NCBI GenBank assembly: GCA_040954595.2
Contig: CM082586.2
Location: 10,943,337 to 11,007,336, forward strand
Source: Balanoglossus misakiensis
Lineage: Eukaryota > Animalia > Hemichordata
DNA length: 64,000 nt
Reading direction: 5' to 3'
Below, piece after piece: positions 15,001 to 27,266 of this stretch. The position numbers were made by a program, and so were the translations under genes. Numbering within the stretch: position 1 is the first letter of the stretch; each line of letters starts with the position of its first letter. The notes under the pieces are model-generated. The model made no database searches, was not told where the DNA came from, and saw nothing but the letters and a program-made list of their open reading frames with translations.

Positions 15001-18000
15001 TTTCGACTTTGCAAAATCTCAAAATTTCGTCAATTTTTGAAAAAATCATGGGTGAAAATCATCAAAAAATGACAAATTTTCGTCTTTGCAAAATCTCAAA
15101 ATTTCGTCGATTTTTGAAAAAAAATCATGGGTGTAAATCATCAAAAAATGACAAATTTTCGTCTTTGCAAAATCTCAAAATTTCGTCCATTTTTGAATAA
15201 AAATCATGGGTGAAAATCATCAAAAAATGACAAATTTTCGACTTTGCAAAATCTAAAAATTTCGTCGATTTTTGAAAAAAATCATGGGTGTAAATCATCA
15301 AAAAATGACAAATTTTCGTCTTTGCAAAATCTCAAAATTTCGTCCATTTTTGAATAAAAATCATGGGTGTAAATCATCAAAAAATGACAAATTTTCGACT
15401 TTGCAAAATCTAAAAATTTCGTCGATTTTTGAAAAAAATCATGGTTGAAAATCATCAAAAAATGACAAAATTTTCGACTTTGTAAAATCACAAAATTTCG
15501 TCGATTTTGAAAAAAATCATAGGTTCGTCGATTTCTAAAAAAAAACATTGGTGAAAATCATCAAAAAATGACAAATTTTCGACTTTGCAAAATCTCAAAA
15601 TTTCGTCGATTTTTGAAAAAAATCATGGGTGAAAATCATCAAAAAATGACAAATTTTCGACTTCGCAAAATCTCAAAATTTCGTCAATTTTTGAAAAAAT
15701 CAGGGGTAAAAATCATCAAAAAATGACAAATTTTCGTCTTTGCTAAATCTCAAAATTTCGTCGGTTTTTGAAAAATAATATGGGTGAAAATCATCAAAAA
15801 ATGACAAATTTTCGACTTTGCAAAATCTCAACATTTCGTCGATTTTTGAAAAAAATCATGGGTGAAAATCATCAAAAAATGACAAATTTTCGACTTTGCA
15901 AAATCTCAAAATTTCGTCCATTTTAAAAAAAAAACATGGGGGAAAATCATCAAAAAATGAGAAAATTTTCGACTTTGCAAAATCTCAAAATTTCGTCGAT
16001 TTTGAAAAAAATCATAGGTTCGTCGATTTAAAAAAAAAAACATGGGTGAAAATCATCAAAAAATGACAAATTTTCGACTTTGCAAAATCTCACAATTTCG
16101 TCGATTTTTGAAAAAAATCATGGGAGAAAATCATCAAAAAATGACAAATTTTCGACTTTGCAAAATCTCAACATTTCGTCGATTTTTAAAAAAAATCATG
16201 GGTGAAAATCATCAAAAAATGACAAATTTTCGACTTTGCAAAATCTCACAATTTCGTCGATTTTTGAAAAAAATCATGGGTGAAAATCATGAAAAAATTA
16301 CAAATTTTCGACTTTGCAAAATCTCAACATTTCGTCAATTTTTGAAAAAATCATGGGTGAAAATCATCAAAAAATGACAAATTTTCGTCTTTGCAAAATC
16401 TCAAAATTTCGTCGGTTTTTGAAAAATAATATGGTTGAAAATCATCAAAAAATGACAAAATTATCGACTTTGCAAAATCTCACAATTTCGTCGATTTTTG
16501 AAAAAAAATCATGGGTGAAAATCATCAAAAAATGACAAATTTTCGACTTTGCAAAATCTCAAAATTTCGTCCATTTTAAAAAAAAAACATGGGGGAAAAT
16601 CATCAAAAAATGAGAAAATTTTCGACTTTGCAAAATCTCAAAATTTCGTCGATTTTGAAAAAAATCATAGGTTCGTCGATTTAAAAAAAAAACATGGGTG
16701 AAAATCATCAAAAAATGACAAATTTTCGACTTTGCAAAATCTCACAATTTCGTCGATTTTTGAAAAAAATCATGGGAGAAAATCATCAAAAAATGACAAA
16801 TTTTCGACTTTGCAAAATCTCAACATTTCGTCGATTTTTGAAAAAAATCATGGGTGAAAATCATCAAAAAATGACAAATTTTCGACTTTGCAAAATCTCA
16901 AAATTTCGTCGATTTTTGAAAAAAAATCATGGGTGTAAATCATCAAAAAATGACAAATTTTCGTCTTTGCAAAATCTCAAAATTTCGTCCATTTTTGAAT
17001 AAAAATCATGGGTGAAAATCATCAAAAAATGACACATTTTCGACTTTGCAAAATCTAAAAATTTCGTCGATTTTTGAAAAAAATCATGGTTGAAAATCAT
17101 CAAAAAATGACAAAATTTTCGACTTTGTAAAATCACAAAATTTCGTCGATTTTGAAAAAAATCATAGGTTCGTCGATTTCTAAAAAAAAACATGGGTGAA
17201 AATCATCAAAAAATGACAAATTTTCGACTTTGCAAAATCTCAAAATTTCGTCGATTTTTGAAAAAAATCATGGGTGAAAATCATCAAAAAATGACAAATT
17301 TTCGACTTCGCAAAATCTCAAAATTTCGTCAATTTTTGAAAAAATCAGGGGTAAAAATCATCAAAAAATGACAAATTTTCGTCTTTGCTAAATCTCAAAA
17401 TTTCGTCGGTTTTTGAAAAATAATATGGGTGAAAATCATCAAAAAATGACAAATTTTCGACTTTGCAAAATCTCAACATTTCGTCGATTTTTGAAAAAAA
17501 TCATGGGTGAAAATCATCAAAAAATGACAAATTTTCGACTTTGCAAAATCTCAAAATTTCGTCCATTTTAAAAAAAAAACATTGGGGAAAATCATCAAAA
17601 AATGAGAAAATTTTCGACTTTGCAAAATCTCAAAATTTCGTCGATTTTGAAAAAAATCATAGGTTCGTCGATTTAAAAAAAAAAACATGGGTGAAAATCA
17701 TCAAAAAATGACAAATTTTCGACTTTGCAAAATCTCAACATTTCGTCGATTTTTGAAAAAAATCATGGGTGAAAATCATCAAAAAATGACAAATTATCGA
17801 CTTTGCAAAATCTCACAATTTCGTAGATTTTTGAAAAAAATCATGGGTGAAAATCATCAAAAAATTACAAATTTTCGACTTTGCAAAATCTCAATATTTC
17901 GTCGATTTTTTAAAAAAATCATGGGTGAAAATCATCAAAAAATGACAAATTTTCGACTTTGCAAAATCTCAAAATTTCGTCAATTTTTGAAAAAAATCAT

Positions 18001-21000
18001 GGGTGAAAATCATCAAAAAATGACAAATTTTCGACTTTGCAAAATCTCAAAATTTCGTCAATTTTTGAAAAAAATCATGGGTGAAAATCATCAAAAAATG
18101 ACAAATTTTCGACTTTGCAAAATCTCAACATTTCATCGATTTTTGAAAAAAAATCATGGTTGAAAATCATCAAAAAATGACAAATTTTCGTCTTTGCAAA
18201 ATCTCAAAATTTCGTCCATTTTTGAATAAAAATCATGGGTGAAAATCATCAAAAAATGACATATTTTCGACTTTGCAAAATCTAAAAATTTCGTCGATTT
18301 TTGAAAAAAATCATGGGTGATAATCATCAAAAAATGACAAATTATCGACTTTGCAAAATCTCAAATTTTCGTCGATTTTGAAAAAAACCATTGGGGGAAA
18401 ATCATCAAAAAATGACAAATTATCGACTTTGCAAAATCTCAAAATTTCGTCCATTTTAAAAAAAAAACATGGGGGAAAATCATCAAAAAATGACAAATTT
18501 TCGACTTTGCAAAATCTCAACATTTCATCGATTTTTGAAAAAAATCATGGGTGAAAATCATCAAAAAATGACAAATTTTCGTCTATGCAAAATCTCAAAA
18601 TTTCGTCGGTTTTTGAAAAATAATATGGTTGAAAATCATCAAAAAATGACAAAATTATCGACTTTGCAAAATCTCACAATTTCGTCGATTTTTGAAAAAA
18701 AATCATGGGTGAAAATCATCAAAAAATTACAAATTTTCGACTTTGCAAAATCTCAACATTTCGTCGATTTTTGAAAAAAATCATGGGTGAAAATCATCAA
18801 AAAATTACAAATTTTCGACTTTGCAAAATCTCAACATTTCGTCGATTTTTGAAAAAAATCATGGGTGAAAATCATCAAAAAATGACAAATTTTCGACTTT
18901 GCAAAATCTCAAAATTTCGTCAATTTTTGAAAAAATCATGGGTGAAAATCATCAAAAAATGACAAATTTTCGTCTATGCAAAATCTCAAAATTTCGTCGG
19001 TTTTTGAAAAATAATATGGTTGAAAATCATCAAAAAATGACAAAATTATCGACTTTGCAAAATCTCAACATTTAGTCGATTTTTGAAAAAAATCATGGGT
19101 GAAAATCATCAAAAAATGACAAATTTTCGACTTTGCAAAATCTCAAAATTTCGTCGATTTTGAAAAAAATCATAGGTTCGTCGATTTAAAAAAAAAAAAC
19201 ATGGGTGAAAATCATCAAAAAATGACAAATTTTCGACTTTGCAAAATCTCACAATTTCGTCGATTTTTGAAAAAAATCATGGGAGAAAATCATCAAAAAA
19301 TGACAAATTTTCGACTTTGCAAAATCTCAACATTTCGTCGATTTTTGAAAAAAATCATGGGTGAAAATCATCAAAAAATGACAAATTTTCGACTTTGCAA
19401 AATCTCAACATTTCGTCGATTTTTGAAAAAAATCATGGGTGAAAATCATCAAAAAATGACAAATTTTCGACTTTGCAAAATCTCAAAATTTCGTCGATTT
19501 TGAAAAAAATCATAGGTTCGTCGTTTTTTTTAAAAAAAAACATGGGTGAAAATCATCAAAAAATGACAAATTTTTGACTTTGCAAAATCTCACAATTTCG
19601 TCGATTTTTGAAAAAAATCATGGGTGAAAATCATCAAAAAATGACAAATTTTCGACTTTGCAAAATCTCAAAATTTCGTCCATTTTAAAAAAAAAACATG
19701 GGGGAAAATCATCAAAAAATGACAAATTTTCGACTTTGCAAAATCTCAAAATTTCGTCGATTTTGAAAAAAACCATTGGGGGAAAATCATCAAAAAATGA
19801 CAAATTTTCGACTTTGCAAATCTCAAAATTTCGTCAATTTTTGAAAAAATCATGGGTGAAAATCATCAAAAAATGACAAATTTTCGTCTATGCAAAATCT
19901 CAAAATTTCGTCGGTTTTTGAAAAATAATATGGTTGAAAATCATCAAAAAATGACAAAATTATCGACTTTGCAAAATCTCAACATTTCGTCGATTTTTGA
20001 AAAAAATCATGGGTGAAAATCATCAAAAAATGACAAATTTTCGACTTTGCAAAATCTCAAAATTTCGTCGATTTTGAAAAAAATCATAGGTTCGTCGATT
20101 TAAAAAAAAAAAACATGGGTGAAAATCATCAAAAAATGACAAATTTTCGACTTTGCAAAATCTCACAATTTCGTCGATTTTTGAAAAAAATCATGGGAGA
20201 AAATCATCAAAAAATGACAAATTTTCGACTTTGCAAAATCTCAACATTTCGTCGATTTTTGAAAAAAATCATGGGTGAAAATCATCAAAAAATGACAAAT
20301 TTTCGACTTTGCAAAATCTCAACATTTCGTCGATTTTTGAAAAAAATCATGGGTGAAAATCATCAAAAAATGACAAATTTTCGACTTTGCAAAATCTCAA
20401 AATTTCGTCGATTTTGAAAAAAATCATAGGTTCGTCGTTTTTTTAAAAAAAAAACATGGGTGAAAATCATCAAAAAATGACAAATTTTTGACTTTGCAAA
20501 ATCTCACAATTTCGTCGATTTTTGAAAAAAATCATGGGTGAAAATCATCAAAAAATGACAAATTTTCGACTTTGCAAAATCTCAAAATTTCGTCCATTTT
20601 AAAAAAAAAACATGGGGGAAAATCATCAAAAAATGACAAATTTTCGACTTTGCAAAATCTCAAAATTTCGTCGATTTTGAAAAAAACCATTGGGGGAAAA
20701 TCATCAAAAAATGACAAATTTTCGACTTTGCAAAATCTCAAAATTTCGTCGATTTTGAAAAAAAACCATTGGGGGAAAATCATCAAAAAATTACAAATTT
20801 TCGACTTTGCAAAATCTCAACATTTCGTCGATTTTTGAAAAAAATCATGGGTGAAAATAATCAAAAAATGACAAATTTTCGACTTTGCAAAATCTCAAAA
20901 TTTCGTCGATTTTGAAAAAAATCATAGGTTCGTCGATTTTAAAAAAAAAACATGGGTGAAAATCATCAAAAAATGACAAATTTTCGACTTTGCAAAATCT

Positions 21001-24000
21001 CACAATTTTGTCGATTTTTGAAAAAAATCATGGGAGAAAATCATCAAAAAATGACAAATTTTCGACTTTGCAAAATCTCAAAATTTCGTCGATTTTGAAA
21101 AAAATCATAGGTTCGTCGATTTAAAAAAAAAAACATGGGTGAAAATCATCAAAAAATGACAAATTTTCGACTTTGCAAAATCTCACAATTTCGTCGATTT
21201 TTGAAAAAAATCATGGGAGAAAATCATCAAAAAATGACAAATTTTCGACTTTGCAAAATCTCAACATTTCGTCGATTTTTGAAAAAAATCATGGGTGAAA
21301 ATCATCAAAAAATGACAAATTTTCGACTTTGCAAAATCTCAAAATTTCGTCCATTTTGAAAAAAATCATAGGTTCGTCGTTTTTTTTTAAAAAAAACATG
21401 GGTGAAAATCATCAAAAAATGACAAATTTTTGACTTTGCAAAATCTCACAATTTCGTCGATTTTTGAAAAAAATCATGGGTGAAAATCATCAAAAAATGA
21501 CAAATTTTCGACTTTGCAAAATCTCACAATTTTGTCGATTTTTGAAAAAAATCATGGGAGAAAATCATCAAAAAATGACAAATTTTCGACTTTGCAAAAT
21601 CTCAAAATTTCGTCGATTTTGAAAAAAATCATAGGTTCGTCGATTTAAAAAAAAAAACATGGGTGAAAATCATCAAAAAATGACAAATTTTCGACTTTGC
21701 AAAATCTCACAATTTCGTCGATTTTTGAAAAAAATCATGGGAGAAAATCATCAAAAAATGACAAATTTTCGACTTTGCAAAATCTCAACATTTCGTCGAT
21801 TTTTGAAAAAAATCATGGGTGAAAATCATCAAAAAATGACAAATTTTCGACTTTGCAAAATCTCAACATTTCGTCGATTTTTGAAAAAAATCATGGGTGA
21901 AAATCATCAAAAAATGACAAATTTTCGACTTTGCAAAATCTCAAAATTTCGTCGATTTTGAAAAAAATCATAGGTTCGTCGTTTTTTTTTAAAAAAAACA
22001 TGGGTGAAAATCATCAAAAAATGACAAATTTTTGACTTTGCAAAATCTCACAATTTCGTCGATTTTTGAAAAAAAATCATGGGTGAAAATCATCAAAAAA
22101 TGACAAATTTTCGACTTTGCAAAATCTCAAAATTTCGTCCATTTTAAAAAAAAAACATGGGGGAAAATCATCAAAAAATGACAAATTTTCGACTTTGCAA
22201 AATCTCAAAATTTCGTCGATTTTGAAAAAAACCATTGGGGGAAAATCATCAAAAAATGACAAATTTTCGACTTTGCAAAATCTCAAAATTTCGTCGATTT
22301 TGAAAAAAAACCATTGGGGGAAAATCATCAAAAAATTACAAATTTTCGACTTTGCAAAATCTCAACATTTCGTCGATTTTTGAAAAAAATCATGGGTGAA
22401 AATCATCAAAAAATGACAAATTTTCGACTTTGCAAAATCTCAAAATTTCGTCGATTTTGAAAAAAATCATAGGTTCGTCGATTTAAAAAAAAAACATGGG
22501 TGAAAATCATCAAAAAATGACAAATTTTCGACTTTGCAAAATCTCACAATTTTGTCGATTTTTGAAAAAAATCATGGGAGAAAATCATCAAAAAATGACA
22601 AATTTTCGACTTTGCAAAATCTCAACATTTCGTCGATTTTTGAAAAAAATCATGGGAGAAAATCATCAAAAAATGACAAATTTTCGACTTTGCAAAATCT
22701 CAACATTCCGTCGATTTTTGAAAAAATCATGGGTGAAAATCATCAAAAAATGACAAATTTTCGACTTTGCAAAATCTCAACATTTCGTCGATTTTTGAAA
22801 AAAATCATGGGTGAAAATCATCAAAAAATGACAAATTTTCGACTTTGCAAAATCTCAAAATTTCGTCGATTTTGAAAAAAATCATAGGTTCGTCGTTTTT
22901 TTTTAAAAAAAACATGGGTGAAAATCATCAAAAAATGACAAATTTTTGAATTTGCAAAATCTCACAATTTCGTCGATTTTTGAAAAAAAATCATGGGTGA
23001 AAATCATCAAAAAATGACAAATTTTCGACTTTGCAAAATCTCAAAATTTCGTCCATTTTAAAAAAAAAACATGGGGGAAAATCATCAAAAAATGACAAAT
23101 TTTCGACTTTGCAAAATCTCAAAATTTCGTCGATTTTGAAAAAAACCATTGGGGGAAAATCATCAAAAAATGACAAATTTTCGACTTTGCAAAATCTCAA
23201 AATTTCGTCGATTTTGAAAAAAAACCATTGGGGGAAAATCATCAAAAAATTACAAATTTTCGACTTTGCAAAATCTCAACATTTCGTCGATTTTTGAAAA
23301 AAATCATGGGTGAAAATCATCAAAAAATGACAAATTTTCGACTTTGCAAAATCTCAAAATTTCGTCGATTTTGAAAAAAATCATAGGTTCGTCGATTTAA
23401 AAAAAAAAACATGGGTGAAAATCATCAAAAAATGACAAATTTTCGACTTTGCAAAATCTCACAATTTTGTCGATTTTTGAAAAAAATCATGGGAGAAAAT
23501 CATCAAAAAATGACAAATTTTCGACTTTGCAAAATCTCAACATTTCGTCGATTTTTGAAAAAAATCATGGGTGAAAATCATCAAAAAATGACAAATTTTC
23601 GACTGTGCAAAATCTCAAAATTTCGTCGATTTTTGAAAAAAAATCATGGTTGAAAATCATCAAAAAATGACAAAATTTTCGACTTTGCAAAATCACACAA
23701 TTTCGTCGATTTTGAAAAAAATCATAGGTTCGTCGATTTTAAAAAAAAAAACATGGGTGAAAATCATCAAAAAATGACAAATTTTCGACTTTGCAAAATC
23801 TTAAAATTTCGTCGATTTTTGAAAAAAAATCATGGGTGAAAATCATCAAAAAATGACACATTTTCGACTTTGCAAAATCTAAAAATTTCGTCGATTTTTG
23901 AAAAAAAATCATGGGTAAAAATCATCAAAAAATGACAAATTTTCGACTTTGCAAAATCTCAAAATTTCGTCGATTTTGAAAAAAAACATTGGGGGAAAAT

Positions 24001-24010
24001 CATCAAAAAA
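1..24010 (+). repeat. 78-bp satellite DNA array, block 1 (continues beyond the left edge)
   Basis: Tandem monomer tcatgggtgaaaatcatcaaaaaatgacaaattttcgactttgcaaaatctcaaaatttcgtcgatttttgaaaaaaa (78 bp, giving the recurring 26-aa pseudo-ORF MGENHQKMTNFRLCKISKFRRFLKKI). It is interspersed with a ~31-bp truncated unit (tcatgggttcgttgatttttgaaaaaaaaca / tcataggttcgtcgattt...). Confidence 0.98.
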
Positions 24011-24078
24011 TAGCGTCAAGGACACTGTGGTCCCATTTGAGGACATAGCTCATAGCAACATAGCAATAAGCATATCTA

Positions 24079-24527
24079 CTCTGGATGCCAAGATATGGAA
24101 AAGTAGGTCAAAGGTCACCTGAGGTCATGCAAAATTTGGGCAAGACATTTTGACCCTATACTGGTCCATGTTCAACAAAACAAAACCTATAGCCCTATTG
24201 GTTAGCCTGGAATTAGGTATGCACATAATTAATGAGATATGCAGGTGTCACAGGTGACCTTCAATTTTGGCTTTTCAATTTTAGTCCCAACCCTCCAAAC
24301 GCCAAGTCTGTACCTGCTCTGGATGCCGAGATATAGCAAAGTAGGTCAAAGGTCACCTGAGGTCACCCAAAATTTGGGCAAGAAATTTTGACCCTATACT
24401 GGTCCATGTCCCACAAGAACGAAACCTCTAGCCCTATTAGTTAGCCCGGAATTAGGTATGCACATAATTAATGTGTTAAGCAGGTGTTACAGGTAAGCCC
24501 AAAAATTTGCCTTTTATTTTGGCCCCA
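24079..24527. repeat. Internal 238-bp tandem repeat of HINE copy 1 (~2 units)
   Basis: ctctggatgcc...gtaggtcaaaggtcacctgaggtca... recurs at 24079 and 24317. Confidence 0.92.
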
Positions 24528-24928
24528 TTGTGCTCACGGACCAATAGACAGTCACTGTACAGGACTATTGCACAGACCAGAATTCCACAATAAGACGTGG
24601 ACATAGCTTAACCATAGAGGTATAAGTAAAGTTATAAATTTAATAAAAAGACTAAAAAATTCATAAAAAATAAAACATCCATGATATTAACTTAACACTT
24701 ACAGGTCGATGTGAGGTTGACATAAGGTACATGCATACCAATTTTCAAAGCAATCTGACCAGTAGTTGTTGACTTTCAGAGTTTTGATAAATTTCACATT
24801 TTACTGGCTAATTTGCATATTTTTGGGCCTGGCAACTTCGTTTGGACAAACTCCCATCTACAGCCCAGCCTGCACCTACACACCAAATATTGAGGTGTTA
24901 CGCACAGCGGTTTTCAAGTTTTTGATGT

Positions 24929-24976
24929 GGACGGACATACAGACATACATACATCCATACATACATCCATACAGAC
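24929..24976. repeat. Tetranucleotide microsatellite (GTCY/GTAT on the minus strand) of HINE copy 1
   Basis: ggacggacatacagacatacatacatccatacatacatccatacagac; the same tract occurs at 27167-27214. Confidence 0.9.
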
Positions 24977-25028
24977 GCAACCCATCCCATAAGGTCCCAT
25001 GGTATATAGGCCTATACCAATGGGACCT

Positions 25029-26010
25029 AAAAATGACAAATTATCGACTTTGCAAAATCTCACAATTTCGTCGATTTTTGAAAAAAATCATGGGTGAAAA
25101 TCATCAAAAAATGACAAATTTTCGACTTTGCAAAATCTCAACATTTCGTCGATTTTTGAAAAAAATCATGGGTGAAAATCATCAAAAAATGACAAATTTT
25201 CGACTTTGCAAAATCTCAAAATTTCGTCGATTTTGAAAAAAATCATAGGTTCGTCGATTTTAAAAAAAAAACATGGGTGAAAATCATCAAAAAATGACAA
25301 ATTTTCGACTTTGCAAAATCTCACAATTTCGTCGATTTTTGAAAAAAATCATGGGAGAAAATCATCAAAAAATGACAAATTTTCGACTTTGCAAAATCTC
25401 AACATTTCGTCGATTTTTGAAAAAAATCATGGGTGAAAATCATCAAAAAATGACAAATTTTCGACTGTGCAAAATCTCAAAATTTCGTCGATTTTTGAAA
25501 AAAAATCATGGTTGAAAATCATCAAAAAATGACAAAATTTTCGACTTTGCAAAATCACACAATTTCGTCGATTTTGAAAAAAATCATAGGTTCGTCGATT
25601 TTTTAAAAAAAAACATGGGTGAAAATCATCAAAAAATGACAAATTTTCGACTTTGCAAAATCTTAAAATTTCGTCGATTTTTTAAAAAAAATCATGGGTG
25701 AAAATCATCAAAAAATGACACATTTTCGACTTTGCAAAATCTTAAAATTTCGTCGATGGGTGAAAATCATCAAAAAATGACAAATTTTCGACTTTGCAAA
25801 ATCTCAAAATTTTGTCGATTTTTGAAAAAAATCATAGGTGAAAATCATCAAAAAATGACAAATTTTCGACTTCGCAAAATCTCAAAATTTCGTCAATTTT
25901 TGAAAAAATCAGGGGTAAAAATCATCAAAAAATGACAAATTTTCGTCTTTGCTAAATCTCAAAATTTCGTCGGTTTTTGAAAAATAATATGGGTGAAAAT
26001 CATCAAAAAA
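25029..26010 (+). repeat. 78-bp satellite, block 2
   Basis: Same monomer and orientation as block 1. Confidence 0.97.
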
Positions 26011-27266
26011 TAGCGTCAAGGACACTGTGGTCCCATTTGAGGACATAGCTCATAGCAACATAGCAATAAGCATATCTACTCTGGATGCCAAGATATGGAA
26101 AAGTAGGTCAAAGGTCACCTGAGGTCATGCAAAATTTGGGCAAGACATTTTGACCCTATACTGGTCCATGTTCAACAAAACAAAACCTATAGCCCTATTG
26201 GTTAGCCTGGAATTAGGTATGCACATAATTAATGAGATATGCAGGTGTCACAGGTGACCCCCAATTTTGGCTTTTCAATTTTAGTCCCAACCCTCCAAAC
26301 GCCAAGTCTGTACCTGCTCTGGATGCCAAGATATGGAAAAGTAGGTCAAAGGTCACCTGAGGTCATGCAAAATTTGGGTAAGAAATTTTGACCCTATACT
26401 GGTCCATGCTCAACAAAAACCAAAAGTATAGCCCTATTGGTTAGCCTGGAATTAGGTATGCACATAATTAATGAGATATGCAGGTGTCACAGGTGACCCA
26501 TATTTTGGCTTTTCAATTTTAGTCCCAACCCTCCAAACGCCAAGTCTGTACCTGCTCTGGATGCCGAGATATAGCAAAGTAGGTCAAAGGTCACCTGAGG
26601 TCACCCAAAATTTGGGCAAGAAATTTTGACCCTATACTGGTCCATGTCCCACAAGAACGAAACCTCTAGCCCTATTAGTTAGCCCGGAATTAGGTATGCA
26701 CATAATTAATGTGTTAAGCAGGTGTTACAGGTAAGCCCAAAAATTTGCCTTTTATTTTGGCCCCATTGTGCTCACGGACCAATAGACAGTCACTGTACAG
26801 GACTATTGCACAGACCAGAATTCCACAATAAGACGTGGACATAGCTTAACCATAGAGGTATAAGTAAAGTTATAAATTTAATAAAAAGACTAAAAAATTC
26901 ATAAAAAATAAAACATCCATGATATTAACTTAACACTTACAGGTCGATGTGAGGTTGACATAAGGTACATGCATACCAATTTTCAAAGCAATCTGACCAG
27001 TAGTTGTTGACTTTCAGAGTTTTGATAAATTTCACATTTTACTGGCTAATTTGCATATTTTTGGGCCTGGCAACTTCGTTTGGACAAACTCCCATCTACA
27101 GACCAGCCTGCACCTACACACCAAATATTGAGGTGTTACGCGCAGCGGTTTTAAAGTTTTTGATGTGGACGGACATACAGACATACATACATCCATACAT
27201 ACATCCATACAGACGCAACCCATCCCATAAGGTCCCATGGTATATAGGCCTATACCAATGGGACCT
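26011..27266 (-). mobile_element. Non-autonomous Helentron-associated element (HINE), copy 2
   Basis: Same termini and near-identical body as 24011-25028, but 238 bp longer because it has one extra internal unit. Confidence 0.9.
26079..26765. repeat. Internal 238-bp tandem repeat of HINE copy 2 (~3 units)
   Basis: Units start at 26079, 26317 and 26555. Confidence 0.92.

Larger units (their letters stand above)
24011..25028 (-). mobile_element. Non-autonomous Helentron-associated element (HINE / DINE-1-like), copy 1
   Basis: Interrupts the satellite at catcaaaaaa|...|aaaaatgac. Sub-terminal inverted repeats ggtcccatt (24029-24037) and aatgggacc (25019-25027). Short terminal stem-loop agcgtc-aag-gacact at the left end; long hairpin at the right end (24992-25028). 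Contains a GTCY/GTAT microsatellite and internal 238-bp tandem repeats, and no credible coding sequence. Confidence 0.9.

Noticed and set aside
24006-25034. Apparent 6-bp TSD (aaaaat) and 9-bp TIRs suggesting a cut-and-paste MITE
   Set aside because: The inverted repeats are asymmetric and sub-terminal, the terminus is shared with a Rep/Hel element, and extra T/A residues at the ends are typical of Helentrons. The exact boundary inside the A-run cannot be resolved.
24766-25236. 156-aa ORF with hydrophobic N-terminus (also 27004-27474)
   Set aside because: Non-ATG start; runs through the microsatellite and terminal hairpin into the satellite; a chance ORF.
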